Part shown: in pieces, positions 7,731 to 14,354 of the stretch
Numbering within the stretch: the first letter of the stretch is position 1
Layout: each line of letters opens with the position of its first letter
From: a virus
Length of the DNA stretch: 39,186 nt
Virus record (IMG/VR): IMGVR_UViG_3300045988_093233
Span: 1 to 39,186 of that record
Direction: 5' to 3' (one strand)
Notes under the pieces: model-generated
The model's database searches: none
What the model was told of the DNA's origin: nothing
What the model saw: the letters and a program-made list of their open reading frames with translations, nothing else
Translations under genes and position numbers: made by a program

Positions 7731-8081
7731 ATGGACACATATGAACGATTGAAAGATTTATGCAAACAAAAAGGGGTTACGGTTGGTCAAATGGAATCCG
7801 ATAACGAAATTACAAGAGGCAATGCGAACAAATGGCGGAACTCGATGCCAAATCCTAAAATGTTAATGAGATTATCAGAATACTTCGGTGTATCTACTGA
7901 TTATATTCTTACCGGTGTAGATAGCGGTGCATCTAAATATAGCTATTATGACGATGAGACGGAACAGATCGCAAGAGAACTTCAGAAGAACAAAGAACTA
8001 CGGGCAATCTTTGACGTGGCAAAGGGAATGTCTAAAGAGCGCTTGGACGCTTTTTATAACTTATTAAAAGACTTGAAATGA
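7731..8081 (+). CDS. CI-like XRE-family repressor
   Basis: GGAGG RBS 5 nt before ATG 7731. HTH region is LCKQKGVTVGQMESDNEITRGNANKWRNS...LSEYFGVSTDYILTG. Confidence 0.8.
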   Translation: MDTYERLKDLCKQKGVTVGQMESDNEITRGNANKWRNSMPNPKMLMRLSEYFGVSTDYILTGVDSGASKYSYYDDETEQIARELQKNKELRAIFDVAKGMSKERLDAFYNLLKDLK

Positions 8082-8102
8082 GGTGATGTATTGGAGGAAA
8101 AT

Positions 8103-8321
8103 GTGAAAATCGTATTTAGACCATTCGACTGCGATTTTCGCGGTGCCGTCCTTTGCAGGTATGAGGATGGCGAAAATTATTACACTATTGTAATAAACGA
8201 GAATCTATCGGAAGATGCTCAAATACGTACAATCAGACACGAGATCGCACACATTGCTCATAACGACTTCGACAGCGACATGCCAATCGGAGAGATTGAA
8301 GCTATTAGACATTTAATTTAG
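8103..8321 (+). CDS. Short ImmA/IrrE-like metallopeptidase-motif protein
   Basis: HEIAH (HExxH) motif in IRTIRHEIAHIAHNDF. The gene sits immediately after the repressor, as in ImmR/ImmA pairs. GTG 8103 follows GGAGG. It is much shorter than a full ImmA. Confidence 0.5.
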   Translation: MKIVFRPFDCDFRGAVLCRYEDGENYYTIVINENLSEDAQIRTIRHEIAHIAHNDFDSDMPIGEIEAIRHLI

Positions 8322-8337
8322 TATGGAGGTGTGAATA

Positions 8338-9174
8338 ATGAAAAAGGCTTTATCATTTATTTTATCTGTTTTCATAACGATATCAATGACAACTCCAGCT
8401 TATGGATATGGGCTGGAAAAACCAAACATAACATACATAGAATCGGACGGAAACTGCGTTTACATTGAATGGACTAATATTTATGGCGCCGAAATATACA
8501 ACGTATATCGTTCTGAAACTAACAAGTATGACTATGAATTTATAGACACAGCAACTAGCAATTCCTATTTTGATTCAAACGTAGAATATGGAAAAAGGTA
8601 TTATTACCAAGTCCAAGGGGTGAGCACCACAAGTTTTAGTGATCCAAGTGATTCTAAATCTGCAAAAATTGTATGGACTGATAAGCATTTCCCTGTTAAT
8701 GATTTGGGCAGACCGGAACTTACTACATTTACGGACGAAGATCAAGACTGTATATGGCTTCTTTGGGACGAGATCGAAGGAGCAAATGTATATTACATAT
8801 ATAGGTCAACCTCAAAAAACGGACCATACGAGTTAAAATATTTTGAAGATGAAAGCGTACTAACGTTTGATAAAAACATTAAAAAGAATAAACGATACTA
8901 TTACAAGGTTCAAGCCTTATATTTTGATGAAGAGAATGGGACTGTGCTAGGCGGAAAGCCTAGTTTGTGGAGATCTGATATAATCACAAGCAAAAGAATT
9001 GTAAAAAAATCAACCAAAACTGTATCAAAGCCCGTTAGTCAAACAGTGTACGTCACAAGAACAGGTTCAAAATATCACCGATATGGTTGCCAGTATTTAA
9101 GACAAAGCTGCTATTCTATGAGCAAATCTGATGCAAAAGCGCAAGGATATACAGCTTGTTCAAGGTGTTGGTGA
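8338..9174 (+). CDS. Secreted/lipoprotein-like protein with two FN3-like repeats and a C-terminal Cys-rich metal-binding tail
   Basis: Signal peptide MKKALSFILSVFITISMTTPAYG. Internal duplication (YNVYRSETNK...KRYYYQVQG and YYIYRSTSKN...KRYYYKVQA). C-terminus is GSKYHRYGCQYL...GYTACSRCW. Confidence 0.65.
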   Translation: MKKALSFILSVFITISMTTPAYGYGLEKPNITYIESDGNCVYIEWTNIYGAEIYNVYRSETNKYDYEFIDTATSNSYFDSNVEYGKRYYYQVQGVSTTSFSDPSDSKSAKIVWTDKHFPVNDLGRPELTTFTDEDQDCIWLLWDEIEGANVYYIYRSTSKNGPYELKYFEDESVLTFDKNIKKNKRYYYKVQALYFDEENGTVLGGKPSLWRSDIITSKRIVKKSTKTVSKPVSQTVYVTRTGSKYHRYGCQYLRQSCYSMSKSDAKAQGYTACSRCW

Positions 9175-9175
9175 T

Positions 9176-10213
9176 ATGGAATACATAAGAAAAACATTTA
9201 CCTTTGAGGGTAAACGGTACACTGTCAGAGGAAAAACTGAAAAAGAAGCCATTATGAAGATGGCGAATAAACTGCGGGATTTGGAGGAAGGCAGCGTTGT
9301 CATATCGGGGAATACTTCGGTAAAAGATTGGGCATTGAAGTGCGTGGAAACATACAAGACCAACCAAGCTGATGCTACAAGAAAAACCTATTTGGAAAAA
9401 ATGAATTCTGTCATTTTTACGAAAATTGGAAGCAGGACACTAAAATCAATAAAACCTTTTGACGTGCAAAATGTGATGAATTCTTTGCAAGGTTACTCGA
9501 AAGCCTACATATCCGATATTTATCAAATGCTTAGGTTTATTTTTTCAAAAGCAAAAACAAACAAACTGATTGCTGACGATCCAACGCTAGATTTACAGAA
9601 ACCAAAAGGAACAAAAAAGAACCGTCGTGCGCTCACAGAAAGTGAAGAATACCATTTTCTAAAAGTGTGTGAGGAAAGTGACAGGTTTTTGGTGTTCATG
9701 TTAATGTATTATTGCAGCTGTAGAACGTCAGAAGCAATCAACATTATGGGAAAAGATATTGTGGCAATTACAGAAAACGGAGAGAAGTACAACGTATTGC
9801 ATATAAGGGGAACAAAAAGCGGAAATGCTGACAGAAAGGTCCCTCTTCCGGATGTTTTATACAATCGAATAAAAAACACGCCTAAATTCAATTACGTTGC
9901 AACTGACACCAAAGGTAACAAGTATACAAAATCAAGCCTTAAATGTGCGCTAAATGCTCTACGCCGCGAAATGAACATCTCAATGGGGTGTAAGGTTTTT
10001 CGGAATGAACTTATTCAACCGCACCCTTTGGCGGATGATTTTGTTCCATACTGCTTGCGTCACACCTATTGTTCAAACCTATGCAAAAAAGGAGTGGATA
10101 TAAGAGTTGCGCAATACTTAATGGGACATTCGGACATTAGGCTGACAGCAAACATATATACACATACGGACAACTCTGCTATTGTGGATGCAGCAAAAAA
10201 AATGAGTGTGTGA
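9176..10213 (+). CDS. int: Tyrosine integrase
   Basis: N-terminal arm-binding-like FEGKRYTVRGKTEKEA. C-terminal catalytic pattern is ...CLRHTYCSNLCKKGVDIRVAQYLMGHSDIRLTANIYTH. ATG 9176 was chosen because the 9131 start overlaps the upstream gene. Confidence 0.9.
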   Translation: MEYIRKTFTFEGKRYTVRGKTEKEAIMKMANKLRDLEEGSVVISGNTSVKDWALKCVETYKTNQADATRKTYLEKMNSVIFTKIGSRTLKSIKPFDVQNVMNSLQGYSKAYISDIYQMLRFIFSKAKTNKLIADDPTLDLQKPKGTKKNRRALTESEEYHFLKVCEESDRFLVFMLMYYCSCRTSEAINIMGKDIVAITENGEKYNVLHIRGTKSGNADRKVPLPDVLYNRIKNTPKFNYVATDTKGNKYTKSSLKCALNALRREMNISMGCKVFRNELIQPHPLADDFVPYCLRHTYCSNLCKKGVDIRVAQYLMGHSDIRLTANIYTHTDNSAIVDAAKKMSV

Positions 10214-10216
10214 CGC

Positions 10217-10228
10217 TTGGTGTGACAC
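10217..10228 (+). repeat. TTGGTGTGACAC motif, left of the att core (putative integrase arm-type site)
   Basis: The same 12-mer occurs twice in tandem at 10418-10441. Confidence 0.5.
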
Positions 10229-10263
10229 TAAAGGGTTAAACCGTTGAAAAATAGCCATTTCTT

Positions 10264-10314
10264 ACCGCGTTCGCAACGCAGAGGTCAAGGGTTCGATCCC
10301 CTCATCGTCCACCA
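10264..10314 (+). other. 3' portion of a tRNA gene (T-arm, acceptor 3' strand, CCA): candidate attP core
   Basis: ...GGTTCGATCCCCTCATCGTCCACCA has a canonical T-loop. No matching 5' acceptor strand or D-arm lies upstream, so this is a fragment. Confidence 0.7.
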
Positions 10315-10321
10315 TAACAAA

Positions 10322-10356
10322 ACCCTTGGAATTTCAATGTTTCCAAGGGTTTTTTC
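10322..10356 (+). terminator. Rho-independent terminator after int / tRNA fragment
   Basis: ACCCTTGGAA ... TTCCAAGGGT stem followed by TTTTTT. Confidence 0.75.
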
Positions 10357-10417
10357 TTGACTTATTTTTGTAAATAATTTCAAATTTTAAGGCAAAAAAG
10401 GTGCTGTTTAGTGGTAT

Positions 10418-10441
10418 TTGGTGTGACACTTGGTGTGACAC
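10418..10441 (+). repeat. Two tandem TTGGTGTGACAC motifs, right of the att core
   Basis: Exact copies at 10418-10429 and 10430-10441. Confidence 0.5.
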
Positions 10442-10466
10442 TTTTTGCTTAGCATTTTTTATAAAA

Positions 10467-10500
10467 CAGAAAAACCACCAACAAACGGTGGTTTTTTCTG
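10467..10500. terminator. Bidirectional terminator
   Basis: AAAAACCACC-aacaaac-GGTGGTTTTTT, with A/T runs on both sides. It ends the minus-strand moron cluster. Confidence 0.7.
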
Positions 10501-10560
10501 TGAAGTGTGTGTATACGTGAAAAGCGCGTGTTTTATATACCTATTATATAGCAGATTCGT

Positions 10561-11001
10561 TTATGCGTCAAGAAAATACTTCGCTACTTTGTATTTCTTC
10601 CCATCAACGTCATTGATGAAGTTATCCGACATGCTGTAATAGAATTCTGTGTCTTCAGACATACCCACCATAGCCGCTGTGTCGTGATAATCGTTGTAGC
10701 ACATATTCATCACCATGTACCATGAAACGCAATCAAAATCGCTTCTTTTTGCGCTTACAAATGAAGCGATTGTTTCCATCGACCATTTTTCGCCATACGG
10801 ACGCATGCTTCTGACGATCTCTTTTGCCTTTTCATCGCAAATATGGTATGCAACTGCGCCAATTTCGTCCATGATACTTTCATAGCACGCAGGGTCATAT
10901 CTTTTCAATCGTTCCATTCCGTTATTGATCGCATGGTGAACCCTATCCCATTTCGGCTCTTCTTTGCGCGAAATAAGACTAATCAATTCCATGTATTCCA
11001 T
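10561..11001 (-). CDS. Hypothetical moron protein (146 aa)
   Basis: Last ORF of the terminator-flanked cluster next to attP. Confidence 0.6.
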   Translation of the reverse strand: MEYMELISLISRKEEPKWDRVHHAINNGMERLKRYDPACYESIMDEIGAVAYHICDEKAKEIVRSMRPYGEKWSMETIASFVSAKRSDFDCVSWYMVMNMCYNDYHDTAAMVGMSEDTEFYYSMSDNFINDVDGKKYKVAKYFLDA

Positions 11002-11399
11002 TACTGAATCCTTTCTACCGTCACGATTGCGTTATTGACTGTGGCTGACGCAGACAGTCTGAACGACAACGCAACCTCTGTTCCGATGTTGTTTCTTACA
11101 GCCCGCACAATATCCGTAACGTTGAGTGTGATAAGGTCCGTTGCCGCTGCCGATGTCGCTCCTGCTGCCGCATCAGGAATAGCAACGCCGTTGTTATACA
11201 TCTGCAAAGTGATGTTTCCGGCAGCTACACCAGTAATATTAAACATCGCGTCAATATCATACGCGCCGCATTTGTTTAAGTTGATGCGGTTATTCGTCAT
11301 TGCTGTGTTGCAATTCGTATTGAAGATGAGATTCAGCGGAATATCCGTTCCGGCTGTTACTGCTGTCGCAGTTGTGATGTTTGCTTTTAACATTTTCAT
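11001..11399 (-). CDS. BclA C-terminal-domain-like (TNF/C1q-type jelly-roll) protein
   Basis: The pattern IPLNLIFNTN...CGAYDIDAMFNITGVAAGNITLQMYNNGVAIP...VALSFRLSASATVNNAIVTVERI resembles exosporium BclA C-terminal domains (from memory). The start is ambiguous. Confidence 0.4.
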   Translation of the reverse strand: MKMLKANITTATAVTAGTDIPLNLIFNTNCNTAMTNNRINLNKCGAYDIDAMFNITGVAAGNITLQMYNNGVAIPDAAAGATSAAATDLITLNVTDIVRAVRNNIGTEVALSFRLSASATVNNAIVTVERIQ

Positions 11400-11449
11400 T
11401 CCTTTCCAAGACAACGGCGGGGAAACCCCGCCGATTCTTTAACCTATCG

Positions 11450-12043
11450 TTATACTAAAGTCGTCCCGGTCATTCCATTGCACCCATAGGCGATCGGTGC
11501 CATGTAATAACCATACGGATTCGTTTTCGGAATGCCGCATAATGCAGTCTGAAGCTGAAGCTGATTGATTTGGTTCTGCATATCAGCAATTCTGTTTCCA
11601 GTGATGGCATCTAAGATTTTCTGTGTCTGTTCTGTCGTGTTTGCATTGATTGCCGCAGTATTGATTGCACCATTGTAGTTTACGCCGTCAATCGCTCTCT
11701 GCGTCTCGCAGCAACATTGCGCAATCTGATTTTGTGTCGTGCCGAAGTTGCGAAGCGTTTCATAGCCAAGATTGGAAAGTCCATTCTGAACACCCATGTA
11801 ATCAGACTGTAAGCTGTCATTCAATCTGCCGACTGAGTTGTCAAGGTTGTTGAAGTTCATAGCGTTGCAAAGTCCTGCCTCTGTGACCGGAGAGCCTTTT
11901 GCCCCGCCGAAACCAAACCCGCCGCCACCGATGAGCAGAAGAATCAGCAAAGCGAAGATCCACAATCCGGAGCCGCCGCCACCGAGTACGTTTGTATCCT
12001 TGCCGGTAACCGCGCTGATGTCAGCTAAAGAATAATTTTCCAT
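11450..12043 (-). CDS. Gly-rich membrane protein with a Q/N-rich, Cys-containing ectodomain (197 aa)
   Basis: GGGGSGLWIFALLILLLIGGGGFGFGG TM segment, then AQCCCETQ and a C-terminal CGIPKTNPYGYY...YGCNG. Confidence 0.6.
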   Translation of the reverse strand: MENYSLADISAVTGKDTNVLGGGGSGLWIFALLILLLIGGGGFGFGGAKGSPVTEAGLCNAMNFNNLDNSVGRLNDSLQSDYMGVQNGLSNLGYETLRNFGTTQNQIAQCCCETQRAIDGVNYNGAINTAAINANTTEQTQKILDAITGNRIADMQNQINQLQLQTALCGIPKTNPYGYYMAPIAYGCNGMTGTTLV

Positions 12044-12081
12044 GATAATACTCCTTTTCTTTTATTTATAAAATTGCAATT

Positions 12082-12309
12082 TTATCGAAGCATGCCAAGA
12101 ATCATATCGGGGTTTATGCCCATTTCGTTGCATTTCTGATAAAAAACCTCTTGTGGGTTTTTACCGTTTACCATATCCATAACATCTTTGATTCTTGGGT
12201 CGCTCATTTGACTCAGCGCAGACATCGGGTCTTTTGCAGTCTGCATGATTTGTTTTATTTGACCGATTGCCGGTGCGATTTGTGTCATTTGTAAAATAGG
12301 ATTCATCAC
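12082..12309 (-). CDS. Hypothetical protein (75 aa)
   Basis: ORF overlapping the upstream gene by 4 nt. Confidence 0.55.
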   Translation of the reverse strand: MMNPILQMTQIAPAIGQIKQIMQTAKDPMSALSQMSDPRIKDVMDMVNGKNPQEVFYQKCNEMGINPDMILGMLR

Positions 12310-12593
12310 TCTACCCCCTTATCTGTGAGAGACTTTTTGATTGTTTCGGATAATTCCATAATCTGCGCCTTTAATTCGTCTAATTCCGCATGATTTACAA
12401 CATCAGCTTTCGGTTCTTGCACTTCCACAAAATCAAAAGCCTTTACCGTAGAAAATCCGGAAGCGTCTGAAGTTTTCAAATAGAATCTAGGTCTTGTAGA
12501 ATCCATCAGTATGACTTGTTGGTTCGGGAAAATTCTATAAGCGTTTGCGCTCTCTATTCCATTGACATATTGAATGCCCTGTGTGTTGAACAT
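12306..12593 (-). CDS. Hypothetical protein (95 aa), first gene of the moron cluster
   Basis: GGAG RBS upstream. The gene follows a terminator and a possible promoter. Confidence 0.6.
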   Translation of the reverse strand: MFNTQGIQYVNGIESANAYRIFPNQQVILMDSTRPRFYLKTSDASGFSTVKAFDFVEVQEPKADVVNHAELDELKAQIMELSETIKKSLTDKGVE

Positions 12594-12668
12594 GATTTTC
12601 TCCTTTTTTCTTTTATTCTGACACGCATACGCCCATGAGACAATTTACGAAAAAGGTACAAAAAAGGC

Positions 12669-12700
12669 ATAAAAAAAGAAGGGGTCAGAATCGACCCCTT
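12669..12700 (-). terminator. Rho-independent terminator ending the late/lysis operon
   Basis: Minus strand reads AAGGGGTC-gattct-GACCCCTT followed by CTTTTTTT. Confidence 0.75.
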
Positions 12701-12899
12701 ACAATACTTTCCCTATTTTCCTGTTTACACGTTGAGAATATTTCCTTGCTGTGTCTGCTGATATGTTGAGTGCTTCAGCTATTGCTTCTAAGGGAATCCC
12801 TCTTGACCGCATCTCAAATACTTCAATCTCTAAATTGACAAAATTGCAATTTTCACGAAAGAAGTCGAGTTCCGGCTTTGTGAAGCCACATACCCGCAT
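12699..12899 (-). CDS. Small sigma-70 region-4-like HTH protein
   Basis: LEIEVFEMRSRGIPLEAIAEALNISADTARKYSQRVNRKI matches the region 4 / LuxR-type HTH pattern. Confidence 0.55.
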   Translation of the reverse strand: MRVCGFTKPELDFFRENCNFVNLEIEVFEMRSRGIPLEAIAEALNISADTARKYSQRVNRKIGKVL

Positions 12900-12907
12900 G
12901 TTTTCTC

Positions 12908-13240
12908 CTATTCTTTTATCTCTTTCTTTACCTGTTCGTAGACAGCTTCAATAATTTTGTCTAATTCGTCGGCAGATACATTGATTTTCAGTTCTTGCAG
13001 CTTATTGGAAACAAACTGTAGGACCTCTGCTTTTTTCTTCTCACCTGTTTCAGACTGCATCCACTGTTTCGCCCATCTAACTGAAACTTCCGTCCAGTAC
13101 ATGATTGTTTCCTGCTTTTCTTTGCTCATTTCAGCCTTTGCAGCTTTCCATTTTGTTGTCACAAGCGGAATTAAAACACCTGTGATAATCAGTGTGCATA
13201 AGCTAATAATTACTTCCGTCCAGTTTACCATGTTACTCAT
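12908..13240 (-). CDS. LL-H-family holin-like protein
   Basis: N-terminal TM (VIISLCTLIITGVLIPLV), then ...WAKQWMQSETGEKKKAEVLQFVSNKLQELKINVSADELDKIIEAVY, as in LL-H holins. Confidence 0.55.
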   Translation of the reverse strand: MSNMVNWTEVIISLCTLIITGVLIPLVTTKWKAAKAEMSKEKQETIMYWTEVSVRWAKQWMQSETGEKKKAEVLQFVSNKLQELKINVSADELDKIIEAVYEQVKKEIKE

Positions 13241-13418
13241 CCTTTCCCTTTACCTTAATACCAGCCAATAACGCCAATTCAATCGTCCATGCGCCAAACC
13301 ATGCAACGGTCAGCGCATCAGGAACCGTCTTATCCTTATAAGACAGCACCAAAACAACGACGGTGTACCAAATGATATTGACCATCGCCGCTATAACAAA
13401 CTTAGTTCTTTTCTTCAT
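13233..13418 (-). CDS. Two-TM holin-like protein (61 aa)
   Basis: Two hydrophobic segments (FVIAAMVNIIWYTVVVLVL, VAWFGAWTIELALLAGI). It lies in the lysis cassette. Confidence 0.55.
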   Translation of the reverse strand: MKKRTKFVIAAMVNIIWYTVVVLVLSYKDKTVPDALTVAWFGAWTIELALLAGIKVKGKDE

Positions 13419-13725
13419 GGCTCACTCCGTTCTTTAACTCCATGTGATAGATACGTTTTTCGTGGTTTTCAATTTTTCTATCCTGTTCATCGTTGTGATC
13501 CCATAAGCGCTTACGGGACAGACTGGCATGCTCTGTCTCTTCCTTGAGGTCGTCCTTGATCTTCTGCATATCGTCTTTCAGTCCCTTTACTGATTCGTTT
13601 AATGATGTGATGCTTTTTGTCAATTCCGTCACGCCACTTATTAACGGTCGCGCCAACGCCCAAAAAAAACCGAACAGGCTGCCCAATGCGACAACTAACA
13701 TGCCAAGAAAATGTGCTGTATCCAT
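13402..13725 (-). CDS. Membrane-anchored coiled-coil lysis-cassette protein (107 aa)
   Basis: N-terminal TM (FLGMLVVALGSLFGFFWAL) plus a charged helical tail, directly after the endolysin. Confidence 0.5.
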   Translation of the reverse strand: MDTAHFLGMLVVALGSLFGFFWALARPLISGVTELTKSITSLNESVKGLKDDMQKIKDDLKEETEHASLSRKRLWDHNDEQDRKIENHEKRIYHMELKNGVSHEEKN

Positions 13726-13727
13726 AA

Positions 13728-14342
13728 CTAAATCTCCTTTATATACTCTCTGATTCCCTTGATTCTTGCGTAGCCCTTATCGGTTTTTAGCCACGTCCCT
13801 TGCGGAATTCCGGTTACATACTCGCTTTTTTTCAGCTTTCCTGCTTTGGGTGCTGTAAGCGATGCCTTTTGTCTGATATTTACCGTAGAAAGCACTCTAT
13901 AGGTCCTTTCTGCGACTTTCGGACAATAAATGAACCCTTGCAGCTTGTATCCGGTAAAGTATGTGTACGGCGGTTTTAAGGTCATTGTGCGGAACCGGAA
14001 CTTCTTGTAACCGCTCTCGCCAATTACAATGGAACCGTCAGACTTGATATCCTCGACAATAGCAACATGCCCTTTGCCCTGCGCCTCACCACCGACTTTC
14101 GACCAACAAATAACGGCTCCAAGTCGTGGCGTATCGCCGCGATCGTAGCCGTCCTTGATGTTCTTATACCAGTTTCCCGCATTGCCAAGAGAAAGCTTCG
14201 GTGCTTTGCCGATAATTTCATACCATCTGCCCCAAGCATACGCTGTGCAGTTTGGCAGTCCGTACCCTGCGCTGTGGAACGGATTTTTCCTCGTCCACAA
14301 CACGTTATTCGGTGCGGGTGCTTTTAACCTTGGTTTGTACAT
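13728..14342 (-). CDS. Endolysin: CHAP peptidase with a C-terminal SH3-like wall-binding domain
   Basis: NCTAYAWGRWYE (catalytic Cys) and GHVAIVEDI (His). The C-terminus YRVLSTVNIRQKASLTAPKAG...GTWLKTDKGYARI is SH3-like. Confidence 0.8.
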   Translation of the reverse strand: MYKPRLKAPAPNNVLWTRKNPFHSAGYGLPNCTAYAWGRWYEIIGKAPKLSLGNAGNWYKNIKDGYDRGDTPRLGAVICWSKVGGEAQGKGHVAIVEDIKSDGSIVIGESGYKKFRFRTMTLKPPYTYFTGYKLQGFIYCPKVAERTYRVLSTVNIRQKASLTAPKAGKLKKSEYVTGIPQGTWLKTDKGYARIKGIREYIKEI

Positions 14343-14354
14343 ATCTTCTCCTTT

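Noticed and set aside
9131-9175. Upstream extension of the integrase ORF (start at 9131).
   Set aside because: It overlaps the preceding gene by 44 nt. ATG 9176, right after that gene's stop, yields the typical integrase N-terminus.
10264-10314. Complete tRNA gene downstream of the integrase.
   Set aside because: Only the T-arm, acceptor 3' strand and CCA (possibly part of an anticodon arm) are present. No complementary 5' acceptor strand (GGACGAT) or D-arm lies upstream. I interpret it as the attP copy of a host tRNA 3' end.
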